Source of the DNA: an uncultured Clostridia bacterium | GTDB lineage: Bacteria > Bacillota > Clostridia > TANB77 > CAG-508 | Length of the DNA stretch: 64,000 nucleotides | Assembly (NCBI GenBank): GCA_944386165.1 | Contig: CALXAA010000004.1 | Span: forward strand, 1,105-65,104 | Direction: 5' to 3' | Made by a program: the position numbers and the translations under genes | Part shown: one piece after another, positions 35,415 through 44,735 of the stretch | Numbering within the stretch: the stretch's first letter is position 1 | Layout of the letters: each line of letters opens with the position of its first letter | The notes under the pieces: model-generated | Seen by the model: only the letters and a program-made list of their open reading frames with translations | The model's database searches: none | What the model was told of the DNA's origin: nothing

Positions 35415-37199
35415 ATGAGAAAATACAAAGATAGCGAAAACTTTGGCTTGAAATCTGGAGAAGTACTTACACATAAAGGTAAATATGTAGAAGTATATTC
35501 TCGGAAAAGTGGTAAACGCCTTTATAGCTTGAATGGTAATTTCATAGGTTCTATTGGTCATAAGGAATTTAAGGAGGCTTGCATCCCATTAGATGAATGT
35601 ATTTTTATTAAAGATATGAGCTCTTGGAAACTTCTTTCTTATGAAGGAGAAAAAATTTGTGAATCTATTAGCAAAGTTGATTTCCTTCGTAATTTTCCTG
35701 AATATATGGTTCTTTATAAGTTTAGAGGACAAATTGCAATATATTCGGTAGCAGGTGAGTGTATTTTGGAATTTGGCAATTATGGAGAACTCATCTCTGC
35801 TAGAAAAAATATTTGCTTATTCAAAGATATTACTGGGAAAATCAAAGTATTCGATTTGAAAGAAAAAAAGTTTTTGCAAGATAGTTTTGAAGAATGTATC
35901 TCTACATTGGGAGGATATTATCTAAAAAATTCTGGAGGATATAATTTTTTAAATGAAGAAACAGCAAAAATAGAATTTCAGGTTGATGCTTTTTACTTTG
36001 TTGATTTTTATAAAAATCGTAATGTTATAGGAGGTTCCTTTGGTTTTGACGAACTATACAAGAATGGACATTGTGGAATTGTTGCAAAATATCATCCTTG
36101 GTACAATAAAAGCAAATATATTGTAAAAATAATTCTACCTATTGAATATAAAAAAATCGAATTTAATGAAAATGGAATTAAAGCTTATAAGGAGGATGAA
36201 ATCACAACATATTCTTATTCTGCGATTTATAACAAATATTTTGCTCAAGAATATTCTGAAAAGGAAGATAAAACCACACAAGAAGATAAAAATATTGAAA
36301 TCAAAGTTTTTGGTAGTACTGTAAAATTTGGAGAAACAGTCTACATGTTTGATAAGTTCCTAGCAATTGAAGATCCAAACAGAAATCTTACTCCGTGTAA
36401 ATGTTTTTCTTTAAATGGAACATATTTAGGAAATGCTGGATTAATTGATGATGGAGAAAATCCTGCATTTCCCAATATTGTAGCAACAGAATCTTGGATT
36501 GCAATGGGAATTAATTCTTCTGGTGGTTGCTTTGGAGAAAACTGGGGCAATTGGATTATACATTCTTATGATGGAAAAGCAGTTGTAAGAAAAACTTTTA
36601 ATAATTACGAAATTTATGGTAATTACTATGTTTTCAGTTATAATTTGAATTACAAAGTTGACTCTAGTAGGGATAATTACATTGCAGTATTTAACATGAA
36701 AGGAGAAATGATTTTAACTCTAAATAATATTAATAGAGTTGAGCCTAAAGAGAGTTATATTAAAGCTGTTGATTTTGATGATAGAGTCTGGATTTATAAC
36801 TTAAAAGGAAAGCTTGTCATAAAAGAAGGTTTTGATCAGAAACAAGTTACAGAAATTGAAGACACAATTTGGGTAAAGCAACCTAGTGGCTATGTTATGT
36901 ATAACTGTTTAACAGGTCAGAAATATCAGCAAAAAGTTGATGAAATCTACAAAGTAGATATTTATGACTCTAAGTTATACAAAATCCATTATCAAGATCA
37001 TTGTGGAATTTATATGTATACTGGTGACTTTTCTGTAAAATCTAATATTGTGGGTTTTAAAGAAATTGTCCCAATTAAATATAACGTAATTGAGACCAAA
37101 GTAGATTATTCTAAGTTTAATTTGTTTAGAGCATTAAAGGATGATTGTGAAGAAATTTATGATTTGGATGGCAACCTGATTGCCACAACGGAAAATTAA
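35415..37199 (+). CDS. Hypothetical repeat-rich protein (594 aa from ATG 35415), degenerate WG/beta-strand-repeat-like
   Basis: It is a long ORF with its own promoter and terminator. Short modules recur, such as GKRLYSLNGNFIG, GKIKVFDLKEKKF, AVFNMKGEMIL and WIYNLKGKLVI. No signal peptide is evident. GC is higher than in the neighbours. Confidence 0.7.
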   Translation: MRKYKDSENFGLKSGEVLTHKGKYVEVYSRKSGKRLYSLNGNFIGSIGHKEFKEACIPLDECIFIKDMSSWKLLSYEGEKICESISKVDFLRNFPEYMVLYKFRGQIAIYSVAGECILEFGNYGELISARKNICLFKDITGKIKVFDLKEKKFLQDSFEECISTLGGYYLKNSGGYNFLNEETAKIEFQVDAFYFVDFYKNRNVIGGSFGFDELYKNGHCGIVAKYHPWYNKSKYIVKIILPIEYKKIEFNENGIKAYKEDEITTYSYSAIYNKYFAQEYSEKEDKTTQEDKNIEIKVFGSTVKFGETVYMFDKFLAIEDPNRNLTPCKCFSLNGTYLGNAGLIDDGENPAFPNIVATESWIAMGINSSGGCFGENWGNWIIHSYDGKAVVRKTFNNYEIYGNYYVFSYNLNYKVDSSRDNYIAVFNMKGEMILTLNNINRVEPKESYIKAVDFDDRVWIYNLKGKLVIKEGFDQKQVTEIEDTIWVKQPSGYVMYNCLTGQKYQQKVDEIYKVDIYDSKLYKIHYQDHCGIYMYTGDFSVKSNIVGFKEIVPIKYNVIETKVDYSKFNLFRALKDDCEEIYDLDGNLIATTEN

Positions 37200-37208
37200 C
37201 CAACAAAA

Positions 37209-37242
37209 CTAGAGAAATCTTAATAATTTAGGATTTCTCTAG
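37209..37242 (+). terminator. Hairpin CTAGAGAAATC / GATTTCTCTAG after the 607-aa ORF
   Basis: A perfect 11-bp stem with a weak T tract. Confidence 0.6.
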
Positions 37243-37277
37243 TCATTTACACAAGTCTTTAAGGAGGCAACATTAAT

Positions 37278-38027
37278 ATGCCAAGATTTTTTATAAAAGA
37301 AAATCAAATACAAAATAACCAAATAACAATAATCGGAGAAGATGTAAATCACATAAAAAATGTAATAAGAAAACAAATAGGAGACATTATAGAAATCTGT
37401 AATCAAGATAATGAAAAATCCTATAAATGTGAAATTGAAAAAATAGAAGAAAAACAAATTACAACCAAAATCATAGAAGAATTAAAAGCACAAGAAAGTA
37501 ATATAAAAGTAGACATATTTCAAGGTTTACCAAAAGCAGAAAAAATGGAGCTCATCATTCAAAAATCTGTAGAACTAGGAGCTAATGCAATAATACCAGT
37601 AAACATGAAAAGATGTGTAGTAAAACTAGACTCAAAAAGTGAAGAAAAGAAAATTGAAAGATGGCAAAAAATTTCTGAAAGTGCAGCAAAACAATGTGGA
37701 AGAAATAACATACCAGAAGTAAAACATCTAGTAAATATAAAAGACATATGTAATAAAATTAAGGACTATGATGCAATGATAGTTGCATATGAAAACGAAA
37801 AAGAAAACACATTAAAACAAGAACTAACCAAATTAAAAAATAAACAAAAAAATCTTAAAATAGGAATTGTAATTGGACCTGAAGGTGGACTTGAAGAAAA
37901 TGATGTTAAACTTTTAAAAGAAAGTGGAGCCAAAATTATAACGTTAGGTCACAGAATTCTTAGAACAGAAACAGTAGCACTAAATATGTTAAGTATAATA
38001 ATGTACGAACTTGAGTTGGAGGTATAA
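37278..38027 (+). CDS. rsmE: 16S rRNA (uracil1498-N3)-methyltransferase
   Basis: The N-terminus is MPRFFI... and the C-terminal SPOUT knot is IGPEGGL...LGHRILRTETVAL. Confidence 0.9.
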   Translation: MPRFFIKENQIQNNQITIIGEDVNHIKNVIRKQIGDIIEICNQDNEKSYKCEIEKIEEKQITTKIIEELKAQESNIKVDIFQGLPKAEKMELIIQKSVELGANAIIPVNMKRCVVKLDSKSEEKKIERWQKISESAAKQCGRNNIPEVKHLVNIKDICNKIKDYDAMIVAYENEKENTLKQELTKLKNKQKNLKIGIVIGPEGGLEENDVKLLKESGAKIITLGHRILRTETVALNMLSIIMYELELEV

Positions 38028-38029
38028 AA

Positions 38030-39880
38030 ATGTCTAACGAAATATCATTTGATGAAATTCTTAAATTAAATAGACATTACAGAAAAAATAGTGATTTTAA
38101 ATCACCTGAAATAAATTATAGATATGGAAACGAATTAGCAAATAAAAATCAATCTTTTTTTAAATATGTAAGAAAAATATATGAAGAAAATCCTAATATT
38201 ACTGATAAAGAAGTTGCAGAAAAAGTATTAAAATTTGTTGAAAATTGCTCTATAAGTTTGTTAGAATGTTCAAGTTTTAGAAGTGATAGTTTAAGATTAG
38301 ATACAGCAATTCAATTATCTGACAATGTTTCTGATTTTAATCGCATTTATAATGAATTAATAGAAGAAGAAAAAACAAATAAAAAACCAATTACTTCAGA
38401 AGAAACAATAACCTTTTCATCAAATCAAGAAGTATCAAAAAGACAACTTTTAAAAGATTTAATTAGTACATATAGACGTGATAAAAATATGGTATTCAAT
38501 GAATTGCCAGAATTAAAACCAGGAACTAAACAATCAAAATTAAATAAAAGATCAATAATGAATTTTTTAAGAGATAGAGATAAATCTTCTGCAGAATTAA
38601 TTAAAATTTATTTAGAAGATGATGAATGTAAAAGTCTTAAATTATTGCTAAATAAAAAAATTAAAGATTTTGAAAAAGATTTAAAAGAAAAACACAAAAA
38701 ATCAATAAAACAAATTTTATCAAAATTAAATGAAATGGGTGTTTTAGACAAATACATGTTGTCTCATAATAAACTATATTCAGATGAATTAGGATTTCCG
38801 GAATTAAATATAACACCTGAAGAATTTAAAGAAGCATATAGTGATGAAATACTTAATAATTTAGATATTACAACATTATCATCATTAGACTCATTTTGGA
38901 TAAATAGATATACAAAAGAAATTTCTAATTTTAATTTAACCTATTTTTTGGCTTCAGATTTAAATTTATGGTCAGATATAAAAAATGCCCAAATTAATGA
39001 AAAAAATAATAAATTAGAAATAAATATTCCTAAAAAAGTTTTAGAAGCAGAACTCGAAAAAATGAGCTTTCTTGAAAATGTATATAATAATTACATTGAT
39101 GAGACTAATGTACAGATTCAAAAAACATCAAATAAAAATGTAGTTGTAGCTGATATTGCTCCAGTTTTAGGAAAAATAAATCAAGATATTAATTCAGATT
39201 ATAAAACATATTTTTCCAGAGTAAATGATGGTGCAATTTCAAATTCAAAAAATGATTTTTTAGAAGATTTTCTTTTATTTTATAAAGAACTAAATGTAAA
39301 AAAATTCTCATATCAACTAAAAGATTATATTATGATTTCTCAATTATCTAAAATGTTTAATATAAAAAAGTCTTCTAAAAATTGGGGAATAACCTATGAA
39401 AAAAATAAAAATGGATTTCAAAAAAATATGATGTTATTATCTATAGATATTGTTGGTGTAAATATGCCACAAAGATTGCATATATCTAAATACTGTTTAG
39501 AAGATTTCTTAAGAGCAAATCAAAATTCTTCTAGAATTCCAATATATCAAGGAGAAGGTGATTTCTATAGAAATAAATCATTAAACATATCTACTCCAAT
39601 AATGCTTCCTTTACTTCCTAAAAGAAAAAAGATTATAAGAGAGCTTTCAAACAAAATAGATGAAAATCATCCAAACTATAAATTTATACAACATTTAAAC
39701 TTTTTGGCGGGAGGAGCTCTTCCAATGCACTTAAAATCATCTGAACCAAATAGTAACAAAAAAAGATTAATTCAAAAACTATATGATTTATTAGATGGAA
39801 AAATATATAAGCAAAATGCTGATAGAACATATACAGAAGATATAGATTTTCTATCAGAAAAAAATTCTATAGAGCATTAA
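38030..39880 (+). CDS. Hypothetical protein (616 aa), Lys/Asn-rich, no recognisable motif
   Basis: It is a long uninterrupted ORF starting 2 nt after the rsmE stop. I could recognise no catalytic or binding motif. Confidence 0.7.
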   Translation: MSNEISFDEILKLNRHYRKNSDFKSPEINYRYGNELANKNQSFFKYVRKIYEENPNITDKEVAEKVLKFVENCSISLLECSSFRSDSLRLDTAIQLSDNVSDFNRIYNELIEEEKTNKKPITSEETITFSSNQEVSKRQLLKDLISTYRRDKNMVFNELPELKPGTKQSKLNKRSIMNFLRDRDKSSAELIKIYLEDDECKSLKLLLNKKIKDFEKDLKEKHKKSIKQILSKLNEMGVLDKYMLSHNKLYSDELGFPELNITPEEFKEAYSDEILNNLDITTLSSLDSFWINRYTKEISNFNLTYFLASDLNLWSDIKNAQINEKNNKLEINIPKKVLEAELEKMSFLENVYNNYIDETNVQIQKTSNKNVVVADIAPVLGKINQDINSDYKTYFSRVNDGAISNSKNDFLEDFLLFYKELNVKKFSYQLKDYIMISQLSKMFNIKKSSKNWGITYEKNKNGFQKNMMLLSIDIVGVNMPQRLHISKYCLEDFLRANQNSSRIPIYQGEGDFYRNKSLNISTPIMLPLLPKRKKIIRELSNKIDENHPNYKFIQHLNFLAGGALPMHLKSSEPNSNKKRLIQKLYDLLDGKIYKQNADRTYTEDIDFLSEKNSIEH

Positions 39881-39897
39881 AAAGGAAAATAATTAAA

Positions 39898-40200
39898 ATG
39901 AAAAATGAAGAAATTTTAAAATTAATAGATTATTATATTGAAAGACGAGAATTTTCTAAGAGCAATAGTTATTTAAGAAAAATAATTATAAGTATATATA
40001 CAAATAAAATACGTAAGTACAAAGAAGATTATTATTACGCAACACCAGTAGAATTACTAGAAGAAGTTGAAAAATATCTTCCATATGAAGATATTATTAA
40101 TTTTAATAAATTTTATTATGCCTTAAATGAGAATTTAATGGAACATGAAGAAACCAATGCTTTGCTTAAAATATTTAAATCAATTATTAGTTCAAAGTGA
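39898..40200 (+). CDS. Hypothetical helical protein (100 aa)
   Basis: The ORF starts 17 nt after the 616-aa gene and has a purine-rich RBS region. Confidence 0.6.
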   Translation: MKNEEILKLIDYYIERREFSKSNSYLRKIIISIYTNKIRKYKEDYYYATPVELLEEVEKYLPYEDIINFNKFYYALNENLMEHEETNALLKIFKSIISSK

Positions 40201-40311
40201 AAGCATAAATATTATATGTAAAAATGATTTAAAAAGCTTGACTTTTATGCATAAAATGATGTAAAATAATAATATTGGAAATTATGTTAAGAATTAGAAG
40301 GGAGAAAAATT

Positions 40312-40878
40312 ATGGCAGGAGTATACATGGCAGGAGATTTTAGAAATGGAACAACATTTGAAATGGATGGAGGAGTATATAGAGTAGTTGAATTCCAACA
40401 CGTAAAACCAGGAAAAGGAGCAGCATTTGTTAGAACAAAACTAAAAAATGTAATAACTGGAGCAGTATTAGAAAAAACATTCAACCCATCAGACAAATAT
40501 CCAGGAGCAGAAATAGAAAAAAGAACAATGCAATATTTATATAATGATGGAGACTTATATTACTTTATGGACAACAACACATATGACCAAATGCCATTAA
40601 ACAAAGAAGACATTGGAGACTGTTTAAAATACTTAAAAGAAAACATGGAAGTAACAATACTTTCATTCAAAGGAAAAGTATTTGCAGTAGAACCACCAAT
40701 ATTTGTTGAATTAGAAGTTACATATACTGAACCTGGATTTGCAGGTAACACAACAACAACATCAGGAAAACCAGCAAAATTAGAAACAGGTTTAGAATTA
40801 CAAGTACCAATGTTTATAAATATTGGAGACATCATTAGAATTGACACACGTACATGTGAATATATGGAAAGAGTATAA
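40312..40878 (+). CDS. efp: Elongation factor P
   Basis: [39 protein letters not shown]. Confidence 0.95.
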   Translation: MAGVYMAGDFRNGTTFEMDGGVYRVVEFQHVKPGKGAAFVRTKLKNVITGAVLEKTFNPSDKYPGAEIEKRTMQYLYNDGDLYYFMDNNTYDQMPLNKEDIGDCLKYLKENMEVTILSFKGKVFAVEPPIFVELEVTYTEPGFAGNTTTTSGKPAKLETGLELQVPMFINIGDIIRIDTRTCEYMERV

Positions 40879-40884
40879 AGAAAA

Positions 40885-40927
40885 GCGGACATTTTAAAAT
40901 TTTAATAATTTTAAGTCCGCATTTATT
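40885..40927 (+). terminator. Terminator after efp (GCGGAC...GTCCGC)
   Basis: The inverted repeat is followed by a T-rich tract. Confidence 0.7.
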
Positions 40928-40949
40928 ATATAAAAAGGAGAACAGAAAA

Positions 40950-41120
40950 ATGCCAGAAAAAGAATTATTAGAAAAAATTGAAAAATTAGAAAAAAGAGTA
41001 CAAGAACTTGAAAAAGACATGTCACAAATAAAAGAAGATTTTTACGAATTTGCAACAGATGACGAAGACTTAGATAATAGTTGTAATGGATGTTGTTCAA
41101 ACTGTAATGAATGCAACTAA
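40950..41120 (+). CDS. Unlisted small ORF (56 aa): coiled-coil/acidic N-terminus with Cys-rich C-terminus SCNGCCSNCNECN
   Basis: ATG lies 9 nt after AAAGGAG. The ORF is bracketed by the efp terminator and its own terminator. The translation is MPEKELLEKIEKLEKRVQELEKDMSQIKEDFYEFATDDEDLDNSCNGCCSNCNECN. Confidence 0.6.
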   Translation: MPEKELLEKIEKLEKRVQELEKDMSQIKEDFYEFATDDEDLDNSCNGCCSNCNECN

Positions 41121-41131
41121 ATAATTAAAAT

Positions 41132-41186
41132 ACAAGACATATTATATACAAGAAATAAATTATATATAATAGTCTTGTTTTTTTTA
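41132..41186 (+). terminator. Terminator after the small Cys-rich ORF
   Basis: ACAAGAC...GTCTTGT followed by a T8 run. Confidence 0.7.
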
Positions 41187-41230
41187 ATAAAAAACTAATA
41201 AAAAATTAAGAAAAAATGCCGTCTCAAAAT

Positions 41231-41259
41231 TTGACAAAATAGTAAAAAATAAGTATACT
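41231..41259 (+). promoter_or_regulatory. Promoter TTGACA-17-TATACT for the GT8 cluster
   Basis: Read directly. Confidence 0.6.
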
Positions 41260-41290
41260 ATATCTGTAATATAAATAAAAGAGGGAAAAT

Positions 41291-42130
41291 ATGATTAATT
41301 TATTATTATGTGGAAATAAAAAGGTATTTGATGGAGCATTAACAGAACTAATCTCAATTACAAACAGAACACAAGAAACCATAAATTGTTATGTACTAAC
41401 AATGGATTTATCAAGACTAAAACCAGAATATATATGTATTACAGATGAACAAGTAGATTTTTTAAACAAAGTAGTACAAACCAAAAAGCCAGAAAACAAA
41501 GTAACAAAAATAGATGTAACAAACCTATATGAAGAAGAATTTATGAAATGTAAAAATGAGAGTGCATATTGCACTCCATATACATTATTAAGACTACTTA
41601 TAGACAAAATTCCCAATATTCCAGACAAAATATTATATTTAGACATAGACATGATGGCAGGAGATGACATAGCAAAATTATATAATACAGATGTTGAAGA
41701 ATACGAATATGCTGCAGTAAGAGAAAAATATGGAAGATGGTTTATAAGACCAGACTATATAAATGCAGGAATGCTATTATTTAATATGAAAGTTTCAAGA
41801 GAAACCAAATTATTTGAAAAAGCAAGAGAATTAATAAGAACAAAAAAAATGCTTTTTGCAGACCAAGATGCCATATTTAGATCAACAACAAAAAAGAAAC
41901 TATTACCAGGAAAATTCAATGAACAATCAAGGTTTAACAAAAAAGACACAATAATATGTCATTTTTGTAAAAGACTTTTATGGCTACCATATCCACGAGT
42001 AAGAAATTACAAACAATGGAATATAGAAGAAGTTCATAAAGAATTAAAATGTCATGCATTTGATACAGATCTTGAAGAATATTTAAAACTAAAAAAAGAA
42101 TTTGAAAGTTATATAAGAGAGGAAGTTTAA
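41291..42130 (+). CDS. Glycosyltransferase family 8 protein
   Basis: LYLDIDMM (DxD)...NAGMLLFN...ADQDA. Confidence 0.8.
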   Translation: MINLLLCGNKKVFDGALTELISITNRTQETINCYVLTMDLSRLKPEYICITDEQVDFLNKVVQTKKPENKVTKIDVTNLYEEEFMKCKNESAYCTPYTLLRLLIDKIPNIPDKILYLDIDMMAGDDIAKLYNTDVEEYEYAAVREKYGRWFIRPDYINAGMLLFNMKVSRETKLFEKARELIRTKKMLFADQDAIFRSTTKKKLLPGKFNEQSRFNKKDTIICHFCKRLLWLPYPRVRNYKQWNIEEVHKELKCHAFDTDLEEYLKLKKEFESYIREEV

Positions 42131-43936
42131 ATGGAAAATAATATAATACCAATTTTTTTTGCTATTGATGATGGATACACACCTTTTTTAGCAGTTTCAT
42201 TACAATCGTTAATAGACAATGCAAGTACTGACTATAATTATTGTATAAAAGTATTACACACAAATGTAAAAGAAGAACACATGAAACAAATAAAAAAATA
42301 CGAAAACGAATATGTGAATATTGAGTTTGTAGATTTAAACTATTATATTGAAAAAGTAAAAGACAAATTATATACAAGAGATTATTACACAAACACTACT
42401 TATTTTAGATTATTTTTACCTGAATTATATCCACAATATGATAAAGTATTATATTTAGACAGTGACACAGTTATATTAGGAGACATATCTGAATTATTCA
42501 ATACAGATATGGGAACAAATTTAGTAGCTGCAGCCCCAGATGACATAATACAATGTAACAAAGTTTTTCAAGATTATGCAGAATTAGTTGTTGGAGTAGA
42601 ATCATACAAAAACTATTTCAATGCAGGTGTTTTACTAATGAATTTAGACCAACTGAGAAAATTTAAATTTCAGGAAAAATTTATTCATTTATTAACAACA
42701 GTAAAATACTCAGTAGCACAAGACCAAGATTACCTAAACAGATTATGCAAAGGAAGAGTAACACTAATTGACCACAAATGGGATTGTATGCCATTAGTTA
42801 ATAATGAAACAAAAAGAGAAGACATTAAATTAGTACATTATAATTTCGCATACAAACCATGGCATTTCGAAGATGTATTATATAAAGAATTCTTCTGGAA
42901 ATATGCTCAAAAAACAGAATTTTATGGAGAAATTCTAAAAATAAAAGATGAGTACACAGAAGAACAAAAATTTAAAGATAGAGAAGCAGAAAAACAACTA
43001 AGACTATTAGCAGAAAAAGAAAACTCTTGTGTTGGTGATGATAGAAGAAAAATTTCAATAGAAGAAAGCAATAAAAAGATAGAAAAATCAAAAGAAAGAC
43101 TAGAGATTTTAGAAAAAATTAAGCAATTAGAAAGAGAAGGAAAATTCGACTTAGATGTTGAAAATGATCCACCAACAGTTGTATTAACACCAGACAATGT
43201 TGACTATTTAAATACAAAAAGATTAAATAGATGGAAAACAGCATTTGCCAATAAGGTTGGAGAAAAGTTTTTAGAAGAAATAATAAAAAATAATAAACTA
43301 ATAATAAAAGACATTAAAGGAATCGAAAATCTTGCAAATATTGAAAATGGTGCTGTTATAACATGTAACCATTTCAACCCATTTGATTCATTTGCAATTG
43401 AAAAAGCATTCAAAGATTCTGGATTATATAAAGAAAAAAAATTATATAAAGTAATTAGAGAAGGAAATTATACAAACTTTTCTGGATTTTATGGATTTCT
43501 ATTTAGAAATGCAGACACATTACCATTAAGTTCAAATCGAAAAACAATGGTAGAATTCATGAAAGCAGTAGATGTAATCCTACAAAGAGGAGATTGTATA
43601 CTAATCTATCCAGAGCAAAGCATGTGGTGGAACTATACTAAACCAAAGCCACTAAAAATTGGAGCATTTAAATTTGCTAAACGAAACAATGTACCTGTAA
43701 TTCCAATTTTCATAACAATGAGGGACAGTCAAATAATAGGAGATGATGGGTTTCCTGTTCAAGAATACTATATAAATATTGAAAAACCAATATATCCAGA
43801 CAAAAATTTAACAGAAAAAGAAAATGCAGAAATAATGAAAGAAAAAAATTTTGAAGTTTGGAAAAATATCTATGAAGATTTTTATAAAATCCCTCTTGAA
43901 TATACAACAGTAAAAAGACAGATTGTTAATAAATAA
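42131..43936 (+). CDS. Fusion protein: GT8 glycosyltransferase, coiled-coil linker, PlsC/LPLAT-type acyltransferase
   Basis: The N-terminal part shows IPIFFAIDDGY...LYLDSDTV...NAGVLLMN...QDQDYLN. The C-terminal part shows CNHFNPFD (NHxxxxD) and IYPEQSMW. Confidence 0.8.
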   Translation: MENNIIPIFFAIDDGYTPFLAVSLQSLIDNASTDYNYCIKVLHTNVKEEHMKQIKKYENEYVNIEFVDLNYYIEKVKDKLYTRDYYTNTTYFRLFLPELYPQYDKVLYLDSDTVILGDISELFNTDMGTNLVAAAPDDIIQCNKVFQDYAELVVGVESYKNYFNAGVLLMNLDQLRKFKFQEKFIHLLTTVKYSVAQDQDYLNRLCKGRVTLIDHKWDCMPLVNNETKREDIKLVHYNFAYKPWHFEDVLYKEFFWKYAQKTEFYGEILKIKDEYTEEQKFKDREAEKQLRLLAEKENSCVGDDRRKISIEESNKKIEKSKERLEILEKIKQLEREGKFDLDVENDPPTVVLTPDNVDYLNTKRLNRWKTAFANKVGEKFLEEIIKNNKLIIKDIKGIENLANIENGAVITCNHFNPFDSFAIEKAFKDSGLYKEKKLYKVIREGNYTNFSGFYGFLFRNADTLPLSSNRKTMVEFMKAVDVILQRGDCILIYPEQSMWWNYTKPKPLKIGAFKFAKRNNVPVIPIFITMRDSQIIGDDGFPVQEYYINIEKPIYPDKNLTEKENAEIMKEKNFEVWKNIYEDFYKIPLEYTTVKRQIVNK

Positions 43937-43956
43937 ATATACAGGAAAAAGGAAAA

Positions 43957-44733
43957 ATGAAAGAACAAAAAACTTATTATTATTCAGATGAATTAAATGA
44001 TGAATTTTCAGAAGCAAAAATTGAAGCAAGAGTCATAGATGAAAATTACAAATATTTACATAAAAATATATTTTGGAACTTAGCACATTTTTTAGTACAA
44101 AATGTGCTAAGTGTTCCTTTAAAGATATTATATGCAAAAATAAAATTTAGAATTAAATATGTAGGAAAAGAAAAACTAAAAAAATATAAAAAACAAGGAT
44201 ATTTTATATATGCAAACCATACTCAAACATTAGCAGATACATTTTTAACATCAGATGCAGTTTATCCAAAACGAAACTATTTAATAGTAAATCCTGAAAA
44301 TGTATCAATGAAATTTTTAGGAAATTTTGTGCAAATGTTTGGAGCAATACCTATACCAAACAAAAAAGAAGGAATGAAAAATTTTTTAGAAGCGATAAAA
44401 TATCACATATCAAAAGGGCAATCAATAACAATATATCCAGAAGCACATATATGGCCATATTATACAAAAATTAGACCATTTAAAAATGTTTCTTTTAGAT
44501 ATCCTATAGAATTAGAAACTCCTACATTTTGCATAACAAACACATACAAAAAAAGAGGAAAAAACAAAGTAAAAATTACATCATATATAGATGGACCATT
44601 TTGGGCTGACAGCAAATTACCCTCAATAAAAGAAAAAAAACAAGATTTAAGAGATAAAGTTTATAACCAAATGGTTGAAAGAAGTAAAAACAGTAACTAC
44701 GAATATATAAAATATGAAAAGAAGGAAAGCTAA
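43957..44733 (+). CDS. PlsC/LPLAT-family acyltransferase
   Basis: ANHTQTLAD (NHxxxxD) and IYPEAHIW. Confidence 0.75.
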   Translation: MKEQKTYYYSDELNDEFSEAKIEARVIDENYKYLHKNIFWNLAHFLVQNVLSVPLKILYAKIKFRIKYVGKEKLKKYKKQGYFIYANHTQTLADTFLTSDAVYPKRNYLIVNPENVSMKFLGNFVQMFGAIPIPNKKEGMKNFLEAIKYHISKGQSITIYPEAHIWPYYTKIRPFKNVSFRYPIELETPTFCITNTYKKRGKNKVKITSYIDGPFWADSKLPSIKEKKQDLRDKVYNQMVERSKNSNYEYIKYEKKES

Positions 44734-44735
44734 AA

